Assembly: GCA_017961575.1 (NCBI GenBank)
Contig: JAGCXA010000006.1
Coordinates: 1,672 to 65,671, forward strand
Source: Clostridia bacterium
Lineage (GTDB): Bacteria; Bacillota; Clostridia; Oscillospirales; CAG-272
Length of the DNA: 64,000 nt
Reading direction: 5' to 3'
Part shown: piece after piece, positions 34,999 to 43,886 of the stretch
Numbering within the stretch: the first letter of the stretch is position 1
Layout: each line of letters starts with the position of its first letter
Program-made: the position numbers and the translations under genes
The notes under the pieces: model-generated
The model's database searches: none
What the model was told of the DNA's origin: nothing
What the model saw: the letters and a program-made list of their open reading frames with translations, nothing else

Positions 34999-35976
34999 AT
35001 GAGAGCAGATTTTGAGACGGTCAAGGCGATCACGGTCGGCGCCGTGCGGATTTGGGAGAGGGAAGACGGGGTGCATTTCTCCCGCTTTACCGAAGAGGAG
35101 GAGGCGGGTTGGTACACCTGCTCGAAAGTGCTCGGCGACCGTTGCCGTTCGCTCTGCGGCATCCGGCTCGACTTCAAAACCGACGCGAAGGAGATCGCGT
35201 TTTTACTCTCCTTCGGCAATAAGGTCGACGTGTGGCTGAACGGCGTCTACAACCGGACGCTCTATTTCGCGGACCTCCGTGAAAGCGGCGTGACCGAAGT
35301 GCGGATCCCCTTGGTCGATCAGCTCGGTGCGCCGTATTCCGAGACCCGCGTCACGCTTTGGCTGCCCTGCCACGGCGGGGGAGTGCTCGGATTCCTTGAC
35401 GCGGACGGCGCGACCTACATCCGTCCCGTCGAGTATCGGCGCCGTATCCTTTTCCTCGGCGATTCGATCACGCAGGGCTGGAACAGCGAGCGCGAGTCGA
35501 TGTCGTTTGCGTCCCGGATCACGCGCTTCTTCGACGCGCACAGCGTCAACTGCGCCGTCGGCGGCGGGTATTTTTCGACCGCGACCATCGGCGAAAACGG
35601 TTACGATCCCGAGGCGATCACGATCGCTTACGGCACCAACGACTTCACGCATTGGGAGTCCTTTGAGGAACTGCACGAACACTGCGCCGCTTATCTCGAT
35701 AAAGTGAAGGCGCTTTACCCGAATGTGCCGATCTTCGTCATCACGCCGATCATCCGTCACGACAACGCGCCGCGGAAGGCGGGTTCGTTCGACAAGGTAC
35801 GCAAAACGGTTGCCGAAGAGGCGGAAAAGCGCGGGATGACCGTCGTCGACGGTTTCTCGATCTTCCCGACCGACGATTACTATTTTGCGGGAGACGGGGT
35901 CCATCCGAACGAGGCGGGATTTGCCGAATACGCCCTCGCCCTGATCCCGCACCTGCAAAAAGTCCTGCATTGGTAA
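34999..35976 (+). CDS. SGNH/GDSL family hydrolase with N-terminal beta-sandwich-like domain
   Basis: 325 aa from ATG 34999 (GGAGGA RBS); blocks FLGDSITQG, YGTND, DGVHPN. Confidence 0.8.
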   Translation: MRADFETVKAITVGAVRIWEREDGVHFSRFTEEEEAGWYTCSKVLGDRCRSLCGIRLDFKTDAKEIAFLLSFGNKVDVWLNGVYNRTLYFADLRESGVTEVRIPLVDQLGAPYSETRVTLWLPCHGGGVLGFLDADGATYIRPVEYRRRILFLGDSITQGWNSERESMSFASRITRFFDAHSVNCAVGGGYFSTATIGENGYDPEAITIAYGTNDFTHWESFEELHEHCAAYLDKVKALYPNVPIFVITPIIRHDNAPRKAGSFDKVRKTVAEEAEKRGMTVVDGFSIFPTDDYYFAGDGVHPNEAGFAEYALALIPHLQKVLHW

Positions 35977-35992
35977 CTCCGATACACAACGA

Positions 35993-36025
35993 AAACGACC
36001 GGGCGAACTCGCCCGGTCGTTTGTA
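35993..36025. terminator. bidirectional terminator
   Basis: AAACGACCGGGC-GAACTC-GCCCGGTCGTTT. Confidence 0.7.
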
Positions 36026-36064
36026 TCATACCGCGTCCCCGAAACATTGCTGCCGGAACCGCGT

Positions 36065-37228
36065 TTAATTCCTGTCCACCGTTACGACGGCGTAGTAGTT
36101 CTCGTGCCGCGCGCGGATCTTTTCCGAAACGGCGTCCTTGATCTCGGGGACGGTCATTTTGATTTCAAAAGGAACCGCAACGTCGAAGATCAGGTTCGTG
36201 TGCGTCACGCCGGTCACGACGCGGAAGTCGTGAACGGTGATCCGCGGATCGATCTCCCGCACCAGTTCCTCCGTCTCCTCGCGGAGTTCGGTCGTCAGTT
36301 CGTCGTCGGTGTTGATCGGATCCATATGGATCGTGCAGACGATCGAGAGTTCGTCCCGGATCCGCCGTTCCACCTCGTCGATCACGTCGTGCGACTCGAA
36401 CACGTCGTCCGCCCCGTCCACCTCCGCGTGGAAGGAGGCGAAGGAGTGCCCCGGACCGTAACTGTGGATCATCATATCGTGGATGCCGAGGATCGCGGGG
36501 TAGCCGGAAACGATCGCGTCGATCGCGTCGGTGACCTCCTTGACCGGCGCCTCGCCGAGCAGGGAGTTCTGCGTTTCGCGCAGGATGCGGACGCCCGCCC
36601 AGAAGATGAAAAGCGCGACGGCGATCCCGACCCATGCGTCGACGTCGATCCCCGTGAAACGGAAAATCAGCGTCGCCGCCAGCACCGCGGCGGTCGACAG
36701 CGTGTCGGAGAGCGAATCGACGGCGGTCGCCCGCATCACGTCCGACCCGATCTTCTTTCCGAGTCGGAAGTTGAAGAGCGCGAGCCAGAGTTTCGCAAGA
36801 ATCGAGACCGAAAGGACCGTCACGGCGAGAATGCTGAAAACGAGGGTGGATTCGCGCGAGACGATCTTTTTGACCGAATCCGACGCGACCTCGAATCCGA
36901 CGAGCAGAACGAGGAACGAAACGATCATCGAGGCGATGTACTCGATCCTTGCGTGTCCGAAGGGGTGATCGCGGTCGGCGGGCTTCGCCGCGATGCGGAA
37001 ACTGACGAGCGAAACGATGCTCGATCCGGCGTCGGAGAGGTTGTTGAAGGCGTCCGCCGTGATCGCGATCGAGCCGGAGACCGTTCCGGCAATGAATTTG
37101 CCCGCAAAGAGCAGCAGGTTGACGACGATCCCGACGATGCCGGAGAGCGTTCCGTACGCCGCCCGGACCTTCGGGTCGGAGGTTTTTTCGTGATCCCGGA
37201 TGAATACCCGGGGAAGAAGACCGGTCAT
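36065..37228 (-). CDS. cation diffusion facilitator family transporter
   Basis: 387 aa from ATG 37228; SIAITADAFNNLSD and HPFGHARIEY motifs; C-terminal cytoplasmic domain. Confidence 0.85.
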   Translation of the reverse strand: MTGLLPRVFIRDHEKTSDPKVRAAYGTLSGIVGIVVNLLLFAGKFIAGTVSGSIAITADAFNNLSDAGSSIVSLVSFRIAAKPADRDHPFGHARIEYIASMIVSFLVLLVGFEVASDSVKKIVSRESTLVFSILAVTVLSVSILAKLWLALFNFRLGKKIGSDVMRATAVDSLSDTLSTAAVLAATLIFRFTGIDVDAWVGIAVALFIFWAGVRILRETQNSLLGEAPVKEVTDAIDAIVSGYPAILGIHDMMIHSYGPGHSFASFHAEVDGADDVFESHDVIDEVERRIRDELSIVCTIHMDPINTDDELTTELREETEELVREIDPRITVHDFRVVTGVTHTNLIFDVAVPFEIKMTVPEIKDAVSEKIRARHENYYAVVTVDRN

Positions 37229-37333
37229 TTTGAAAATCCTTTCGTGCGGTTTCTTGAAAAAGCGGCGTTCGGTCTTTACAAGACCGCTTTTTTTTGGTAC
37301 AATAAGAACAGAATAAAAACAGAGGAAATCGGA

Positions 37334-37666
37334 ATGAAAGAGAATGCCGCGATCCGATGGGTCGATACCCGGGACTGCCGGAACGTCAAATCGGTTGAAA
37401 AAGCGATCCTGTTCGCGCTCGCGTCTGCGAGAGCGGAGGGATGCCATATCGTGAAGATCCGGCACGGCGAGCGGCGGATCGTACAGTTGCGCCCGTTTTT
37501 ACGAACGCTGCTCCGGCGCGGGGAGATCCGCCTTTTCATCGAGGGGACGAACCTCGGGGACGAGAACGACCCCGGCTCGCTCTACCTGATGGCGAATTTC
37601 GCGCGCGAGACCGCCGACTCCGCTTTTTTCGAGCGGGACGCCGGGATCACGGTCGTCTGCGTCTGA
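37334..37666 (+). CDS. small hypothetical protein (weak Smr-like pattern)
   Basis: 110 aa; AGAGGA RBS 7 nt upstream; coding-like third-position GC; followed by a hairpin with T-run near 37690-37760. Confidence 0.5.
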   Translation: MKENAAIRWVDTRDCRNVKSVEKAILFALASARAEGCHIVKIRHGERRIVQLRPFLRTLLRRGEIRLFIEGTNLGDENDPGSLYLMANFARETADSAFFERDAGITVVCV

Positions 37667-37784
37667 ATCCGATTTACGCCGAGAGGTGAAAAAAGGGACA
37701 ACGGAAACGCGGCGGCGATCGGGAGATCGCTTAGCCGACGTCGGTTGTCCTCTTTTTTGTCTCAGCCGATTGCGACGGGAGAAA

Positions 37785-38009
37785 TCAGTTCTTCTTGTTC
37801 TCCAGATAGTTGACGACGTCGCCGACGGTCACGAAGTCGTTGACCTCCTCGTCGTCGATCACGATCCCGAAGGTGTCCTCGAAAATCTGGAAGAGATCCG
37901 CGATTTCAAGCGAGTTGATCCCGAGATCCTTCGACAGTTCGGATTCGGGGGTGATCTCCGCCTTGATGCCCATTTTCTCAACGAGAAGATTCTTGACCTG
38001 TTCAAACAT
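37785..38009 (-). CDS. acyl carrier protein (orphan)
   Basis: 74 aa; phosphopantetheine site DLGINSLE; four-helix ACP length. Confidence 0.8.
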   Translation of the reverse strand: MFEQVKNLLVEKMGIKAEITPESELSKDLGINSLEIADLFQIFEDTFGIVIDDEEVNDFVTVGDVVNYLENKKN

Positions 38010-38086
38010 TTTCGTTTGATCCTTTCTTAGTGAAGCAGTCCGACCCGCGAGGATCGCGGCGAAAGCCTGAAAGTTACATCTTCTAC

Positions 38087-38115
38087 ATTTTACTGTTTTG
38101 AGACCGTTTTGTCAA
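38087..38115 (-). promoter_or_regulatory. sigma-A promoter of ACP gene
   Basis: -35 TTGACA (38115..38110), 17 nt, -10 TAAAAT (38092..38087). Confidence 0.5.
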
Positions 38116-38160
38116 GACCTCGGACGGATTTTTTGTAAAAACGGAGTGATTTTTGGAGGA

Positions 38161-38196
38161 AAAATACGCGGGAGGCGTTCAAAGCGCCTCCCGCGT
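38161..38196 (-). terminator. terminator of spoIVA
   Basis: ACGCGGGAGGCG-loop-CGCCTCCCGCGT with a T-run on the minus strand. Confidence 0.7.
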
Positions 38197-38208
38197 TTTC
38201 CGCCGGGT

Positions 38209-39696
38209 TCAGAGCAGAATACAAATCAGCCCGCTGGATCCTTCGTTGATGATCCGTTCAAGCGTCTCGGCAAACCGTTCGCGCGACTCGTCGGGCAGAT
38301 GTGACAGTTTGGAGTGAATGCCCTCGCTTGTCAGATCGTAGAGCGATTTTCCGAACAGATTGGTGTTCCAGACGGCGCCCGGATCGTCCTCCATCCCGGA
38401 GGTCAGATACCGGACGAGTTCCTCGGACTGCTCCTCGGTTCCGACGACCGGATTGATTTCGGTTTCGATGTCGGCGGAGATCAGGTGGATCGAGCGCGCC
38501 GCCGCGCGAAGCCGCACGCCGTAGCCGCCGCTCTGCTTGACGATCTTCGGATCTTCAAGCCGCAATTCCGACGCTTCGGGCAAAACGACGCCGTACCCCT
38601 TCGCTTCACAGTCGCGGAACGCCGGCTCGACCCGATCCCACTTTTCCTTTGCCTTTGCGAGAACGGTCAGCTCGGCGAGCAGTTCGCCCTCGTCCCGGAT
38701 CGAAAGCCCCGTTTTTTCCCGAAGAACGTCGAACCAAGTCTCCCGGGGGAGCATAACGTCGATCAGCGCGCGTCCCGTTCCGGCGTCCTGTTCGGTCAGC
38801 GACCAGGTCGCGCCGTCCGCCCCTTCGGGCAGTCGCTCGGCGAACTCTTCCAGACGCGAGAGGTCCCCCATCCGCACGGTCTCCTCGCTGATCCGCGCCA
38901 CCGCGTCAAAGAGCGAACGCCGGATCGGATGATCCTCCTCGAGCGCAGAGATCCAGGAGGGAAGTCGGAATCGCACTTCCGACGTCGCAAATTCCGAGAG
39001 GACGAGCCCGAGGATATGCGACAGATCCTCGCGGTCGAGCCGGGTGCAGTTGACGAGCGCGACCGGGGCGTTATACTTCTTTTCGAGATCATAGGCAAGT
39101 TTGACCGCGTCCTCGTTCGAGGGATCGGCGGAATTGAGGATGATCGCGTAGGGGCGATTCCTGCCCGCGAGCTCCGCCGCCGCCGATTCCTCCGCCGCGA
39201 CGTAGTTCTCCCGCGGGATCTCGCCGAACGAACCGTCGGACGTAACGAGCATACAGATCGTCGAATGCTCGGCGATCACCTTCCGCGTGCCGACCTCCGC
39301 CGCCTCCGAGAAGGGGAGCGGATCGTCCGACCACGGGGTCGAAACCATACGGGGCGACCCGTCCTCCTCCATTCCGAGTACGTCGGGGACGGGGAAGCCG
39401 ACGCAGTCGACCAGCCGCACGTTCAGCCGCGTCACCCCGTCGGGGGTGATCCCGACCGCTTCGTCGGGGATGAACTTCGGTTCGGTCGTCATCACCGACC
39501 GCCCGTTTCCCGCCTGCGGGAGACTGTCGAGGGTGCGCAGACGGTCGCGCTCCTCGCGGATGTTCGGAAGGAGCATTTCTTCGGCGAACCGGCGGACGAA
39601 GGTCGATTTACCGGTTCGGACCGGTCCGACCACCCCGATATAGATATTACCCCCCGTCCGTTCTGCAATATCACGGTAGATCGTGTGCTGTCCCAT
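38209..39696 (-). CDS. spoIVA: stage IV sporulation protein A (spore coat basement-layer ATPase)
   Basis: 495 aa; IYIGVVGPVRTGKSTF Walker A and full-length SpoIVA collinearity. Confidence 0.9.
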   Translation of the reverse strand: MGQHTIYRDIAERTGGNIYIGVVGPVRTGKSTFVRRFAEEMLLPNIREERDRLRTLDSLPQAGNGRSVMTTEPKFIPDEAVGITPDGVTRLNVRLVDCVGFPVPDVLGMEEDGSPRMVSTPWSDDPLPFSEAAEVGTRKVIAEHSTICMLVTSDGSFGEIPRENYVAAEESAAAELAGRNRPYAIILNSADPSNEDAVKLAYDLEKKYNAPVALVNCTRLDREDLSHILGLVLSEFATSEVRFRLPSWISALEEDHPIRRSLFDAVARISEETVRMGDLSRLEEFAERLPEGADGATWSLTEQDAGTGRALIDVMLPRETWFDVLREKTGLSIRDEGELLAELTVLAKAKEKWDRVEPAFRDCEAKGYGVVLPEASELRLEDPKIVKQSGGYGVRLRAAARSIHLISADIETEINPVVGTEEQSEELVRYLTSGMEDDPGAVWNTNLFGKSLYDLTSEGIHSKLSHLPDESRERFAETLERIINEGSSGLICILL

Positions 39697-39868
39697 ATCG
39701 TTCCCCCTCTTTTGGCGATTTGTTCCGCGGACTTTATCCGTCGCCTATTCTATGCGTGGAAAATCGGCGTTAGAACGCGGGAAATTTGCGCTTTCGCTTG
39801 ACAGGACAAAAGAAAAGGGATATAATAGAAAAAAACGGGAGCAATCCCGAAAATCGGAGGAAAACGTA

Positions 39869-40684
39869 ATGAAGATCGGCGTTCAGGTCTACTCGGTGCG
39901 CGACGTTGCCGAGAAGGATTTCATCGGCACGATGAAAGAAATCAAAAAGATGGGGTACGACGGCGTTGAACTCGCCGGGGCTTACGGGCTTTCGGCGGAG
40001 GAGATCCGCCGCGATCTTGCCGAGGCGGGACTGACCGCCATTTCGGCGCACGTTCCGATGATCGATATGTACGAAAAGCCGGAGGAAACCTTTGCCTTCT
40101 ACAAGAAGCTCGGTATTCCGTATATCGCCGTGCCGTATATGTCGAGCGAATACAGACCCGGAACCGATAAGTTCCCCGAGACGATCGAGATGATCCGCAA
40201 GATCGCCAAGACCGCGAAGGCAAACGAGATGCAGCTTCTCTACCACAACCACGACTTCGAGTTCGTGAAGGTGGACGGCAAATACGGACTTGACGTTCTC
40301 TACGACGCGATCCCCGCCGATCTGCTCCAAACCGAGCTCGATACCTGCTGGGTCAAGGTCGCGGGCGAAGATCCCGTCGCTTACGTCACCAAATACGCCG
40401 GGCGCGCCCCGATCGTCCACCTGAAAGACTTCTACAAGGAAGAGTCCGCCACGCAGGACGAGATGTACGAACTGATCGGCATCGCGAAGAAGGCGAAGCA
40501 GACCTCCGCTTTCGAGTTCCGTCCCGTCGGACACGGGATGCAGAAATTCCCCGGCATCATCGCCGCGGCGGAGGCGGCGGGAAGCGGATGGCTCATCGTC
40601 GAGCAGGACAGACCGAGTCTGGGGCTGACCTCGATGGAGTCGATCGACCTCTCGCGCAAATATCTCCGCTCGATCGGTTACTGA
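39869..40684 (+). CDS. sugar phosphate isomerase/epimerase (xylose isomerase-like TIM barrel)
   Basis: 271 aa from ATG 39869; GYDGVEL, YHNHDFEF, DTCW motifs. Confidence 0.75.
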   Translation: MKIGVQVYSVRDVAEKDFIGTMKEIKKMGYDGVELAGAYGLSAEEIRRDLAEAGLTAISAHVPMIDMYEKPEETFAFYKKLGIPYIAVPYMSSEYRPGTDKFPETIEMIRKIAKTAKANEMQLLYHNHDFEFVKVDGKYGLDVLYDAIPADLLQTELDTCWVKVAGEDPVAYVTKYAGRAPIVHLKDFYKEESATQDEMYELIGIAKKAKQTSAFEFRPVGHGMQKFPGIIAAAEAAGSGWLIVEQDRPSLGLTSMESIDLSRKYLRSIGY

Positions 40685-40757
40685 TCCAATGCGAAAAGAG
40701 TGCGTCCGCCCCTCGGGGCGGGCGTTCGCTTTGCGTGAAGAAAATCGTAGAAACGCA

Positions 40758-40786
40758 TTGCCAAAACTTATAAAATAGAGTATAAT
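40758..40786 (+). promoter_or_regulatory. sigma-A promoter of htpG
   Basis: -35 TTGCCA (40758..40763), 17 nt, -10 TATAAT (40781..40786). Confidence 0.5.
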
Positions 40787-40841
40787 ATATTCAAATGATG
40801 CGGGACTGCGCCCGCGCCCAACATAAAGACACGGAAAGAAG

Positions 40842-42716
40842 ATGACAAGAATGGCACAGAACGAAAACGCCCGGCGCGGCGGCATCTCGGTGGAATCGGA
40901 ACACCTGTTTCCGATCATCAAGAAGTGGCTCTATTCGGAGAAGGAGATTTTTCTGCGAGAACTGGTCTCGAACGCGGTCGACGCTGTGACGAAACTGAAA
41001 CGGCTCTCCTCGCTCGGCGAGTACGACGCGCCGGAAGGGGAAAACTACCGGATCGACGTTTCCTTCGATAAAACGGCGAAGACGATCTCGATCTCCGACA
41101 ACGGGATCGGGATGACCGAGGAGGAACTCGATCGCTATATCTGCCGGGTGGCGCTCTCGGGCGCGCTTGAATTCGTTGAGAAATACGAGAGCAAGGGCGA
41201 CGGGAACGGCAGCGGGATCATCGGGCATTTCGGGCTCGGTTTCTACTCCGCCTTTATGGTCGCGGACGAGGTGGAGGTCGTGACGAAGTCCTATACCGAC
41301 GCGCCCGCCGTCCGCTGGGTGTGCCGGGAGGACGGGGATTACACCGTTTACACCGACGGGATCGAGCGTGCGCGCGGCACGACGGTGATCCTGCACGTCA
41401 ATTCCGACGGGGAGGAATACCTTTCGGAATGGAAACTGCGCGAGGTCCTCGCCAAATACTGCTCCTTTATGCCGGTCGAGATCTACCTCACCGACGAGGA
41501 AAAGGCGGACGAGCCGAAGAAGGAAGGCGAAGAGCCGAAGGAGAAAAAGCCGGAGAACGACACGCATCCCCTTTGGCAGAAGAACGCGGCAGACTGCACC
41601 GAAGAGGAGTACAAAGAGTTCTATCAGAAGGTCTTTTCCGACTACCGCGAACCGCTCTTCCATCTGCATCTGAACGCCGATTATCCGCTCAATTTCAAAG
41701 GGATCCTGTTCTTCCCGAAACTGCGGGAGAACTACGAGAATCTCGAAGGCAAGATCAAACTGTACTACAATCAGGTCTTCGTCGCCGACAACATCAAGGA
41801 GGTCATCCCCGAATACCTCCTGATGCTCCGCGGCGTGCTCGACTGCCCCGAACTGCCGCTGAACGTCTCGCGCAGTTATCTGCAAAACAGCGCCTACGTC
41901 TCGAAGGTCTCGACCTATATCGTGAAGAAGGTCGCCGACAAACTGAACTCGATCTTCAAGGACGAACGCGAGAAATACGAAAAACTCTGGGACGATCTCC
42001 GCACCTTCGTCGAATACGCCTGCATCTCGGATCCGAAGTTCCTCGAACGGATGAAACCGGCGATCCTTCTGCCCCTCGAATCGGGGAAGAAGGCGACGCT
42101 CGCGGAGTATCTTGAAGGAGCGAAAGAAAAGAACGCCGGGACCGTCTATTACACCACCGACCCCGAATTGCAGGCGCGCTATATCGAGATGTACCGGGCG
42201 AGAGGGATCGAGATCGCCGTCCTTTCGGGTCCGCTCGACGTCCGGTTTGCAGAGACGCTTGAATCGAGCGCGAAGGAGGACGAAAAGATCAAGTTCCTGC
42301 GCGTTGACGCCGATCTGTCGGCGCTCGGCGGCGGGGAAGAGGAAGAGAACGAAAAACTCGCTTCGTACTTTACCGAAGCGGCGGGCGACGGGATGAAACT
42401 GACCGTCAAGTGCCGCCGTCTCGGCGAGGACGACGCGCCCGCCGTCCTGACCGTCTCCGAAGAGAGCCGGCGGATGGAGGATATGATGCGGATGTATATG
42501 CCCGACGCGCCGGAGAGCCCGAAGGAAGCGACGCTCTCGCTCAACCTCGCGTCCCCCCTGATCGGGAAACTCTCCTCCGAGCCCGACGAAAAGAAAGCGA
42601 AGGAGATCGCCTCCTATCTTCTGATGCTGGCGATCCTCTCGAACCGCAAATTCAGCGCCGAGGAGATGAAGCGCTTCCAGAAGGACAGCGTTTCGCTCCT
42701 GACCGATCTCCTCTGA
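40842..42716 (+). CDS. htpG: molecular chaperone HtpG (Hsp90)
   Basis: 624 aa; IFLRELVSNAVDA Bergerat motif, DNGIGM, GHFGLGFYS. Confidence 0.9.
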   Translation: MTRMAQNENARRGGISVESEHLFPIIKKWLYSEKEIFLRELVSNAVDAVTKLKRLSSLGEYDAPEGENYRIDVSFDKTAKTISISDNGIGMTEEELDRYICRVALSGALEFVEKYESKGDGNGSGIIGHFGLGFYSAFMVADEVEVVTKSYTDAPAVRWVCREDGDYTVYTDGIERARGTTVILHVNSDGEEYLSEWKLREVLAKYCSFMPVEIYLTDEEKADEPKKEGEEPKEKKPENDTHPLWQKNAADCTEEEYKEFYQKVFSDYREPLFHLHLNADYPLNFKGILFFPKLRENYENLEGKIKLYYNQVFVADNIKEVIPEYLLMLRGVLDCPELPLNVSRSYLQNSAYVSKVSTYIVKKVADKLNSIFKDEREKYEKLWDDLRTFVEYACISDPKFLERMKPAILLPLESGKKATLAEYLEGAKEKNAGTVYYTTDPELQARYIEMYRARGIEIAVLSGPLDVRFAETLESSAKEDEKIKFLRVDADLSALGGGEEEENEKLASYFTEAAGDGMKLTVKCRRLGEDDAPAVLTVSEESRRMEDMMRMYMPDAPESPKEATLSLNLASPLIGKLSSEPDEKKAKEIASYLLMLAILSNRKFSAEEMKRFQKDSVSLLTDLL

Positions 42717-43564
42717 TGGAGCGCGATCCCGCCGCCGTCGTGCGGCAGAACGCCGAAGGACTGAATAGCGAGAAAGAAAAGCAGAGGATCGGCGAGCGTC
42801 TTCTCGGGCGCGACTTGGCGACGCTGGTTTCCCCTGCCGTGAATTCCTTTCGCGGGGATCCCGCCGCGACGGCGGAAGCCCTCTTCCGCGCCGGTGAATC
42901 GGCGCGCGGAATTCTCAACGATCCGATCTCCCGCGCCTCTTTTGCCGCGACGATGCTTGAAAAAGCCGGGATCACGGAAGCCGATCTGTTTCCGATCATT
43001 CCCGGAGAGCGCCCGATCCGCGTGCTTTACGCGCGCGCCGGGGCTGCCGACCGCGCTTTCCGCCTTCTTTCGGCAAATCTCGCCGATCTGCGCGTCGCGT
43101 ACGCCGAAACGAATCTCGACGCCGCCGAAGGGGTCGAGAGCGGGGACGCGGATCTGTTGCTTCTTCCGTATGCGGACGCTGCCGGTAATCGCGTTCTTTC
43201 GACCGAAACGCTGTCCGAAACGCACGGACTTTATCTCGTCGCGCTTTTACGGGTCAAGGTTGGCGACGGGCTGATCTACGGTCTTTACGGGCGGGCGATC
43301 CTCCCGCGGCGAAACGGGGAAACGACGCTCTCGCTTTCGCTTCCGTCGCCCGATGCGGCGACGCTTTCGGGAATTTACGCCTTTGCCGACGAATCGCGGC
43401 TTATCCCGGAGAGCGCGACGGTTCGGTCCGACGGCGGACGCGCGACGCTCTCTTTTACCGGGGAGCGTGACGGTTGCCTTGCCGCCGCCGTCTACTGTCT
43501 TTCATTTTGCCCCGGATGCGAACTCCGGGGTTGGCGGTCGGCGCAGCCGTTCGCGGAACGTTGA
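42716..43564 (+). CDS. hypothetical protein, degenerate prephenate-dehydratase/ACT-like
   Basis: 282 aa; its ATG overlaps the htpG TGA (TGATG). RVAYAE...GVESGDADLLLLPY resembles the PDT N-lobe and ETTLSLSLPSPDAATLSGIYAFA an ACT strand-helix. The PDT catalytic TRF and ESRP motifs are not seen. Confidence 0.55.
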   Translation: MERDPAAVVRQNAEGLNSEKEKQRIGERLLGRDLATLVSPAVNSFRGDPAATAEALFRAGESARGILNDPISRASFAATMLEKAGITEADLFPIIPGERPIRVLYARAGAADRAFRLLSANLADLRVAYAETNLDAAEGVESGDADLLLLPYADAAGNRVLSTETLSETHGLYLVALLRVKVGDGLIYGLYGRAILPRRNGETTLSLSLPSPDAATLSGIYAFADESRLIPESATVRSDGGRATLSFTGERDGCLAAAVYCLSFCPGCELRGWRSAQPFAER

Positions 43565-43590
43565 TATTAAGCACCGAAAGGAAACGCAAA

Positions 43591-43854
43591 ATGCTGAAAA
43601 AGTATTCTTACAAAACGCACGGCACCTGCTCCCGGCAGATTGACGTCACCCTCGACGGCGACGTCGTATCCGAGGTCGTTTTTCACAACGGTTGCAGAGG
43701 CAACACGCAGGGGGTCGCCGCTCTGGTGAAAGGAATGAAGGCGGAGGAGGCCATCGCCCGGCTTTCGGGGATCGACTGCGGCGGGAGAGGGACGTCCTGT
43801 CCCGACCAACTCGCGCGGGCGCTGACCGATATGCTGAACGGAAAGGCAAACTGA
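43591..43854 (+). CDS. TSCPD-domain small protein (TIGR03905-like)
   Basis: 87 aa; CSRQI...GC.GN...GTSCPDQLA motif. Confidence 0.75.
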   Translation: MLKKYSYKTHGTCSRQIDVTLDGDVVSEVVFHNGCRGNTQGVAALVKGMKAEEAIARLSGIDCGGRGTSCPDQLARALTDMLNGKAN

Positions 43855-43886
43855 ACCCTCAACTCTGACGAAGGGAACCGAATAAA

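Noticed and set aside
37229-37333. A hairpin CGGTCT-TTACA-AGACCG followed by T8, between the divergent CDF transporter gene and the small ORF; considered as an attenuator or metal-responsive operator.
   Set aside because: The element overlaps the most plausible promoter of the small ORF (TTTACA-17-TACAAT). No upstream transcript would be terminated by it, and no palindromic operator resembling ArsR/CzrA sites is evident.
40685-40841. A search for a CIRCE/HrcA operator (TTAGCACTC-N9-GAGTGCTAA) upstream of htpG.
   Set aside because: It was not found. Only a terminator hairpin from the upstream gene and a plain sigma-A promoter are present.
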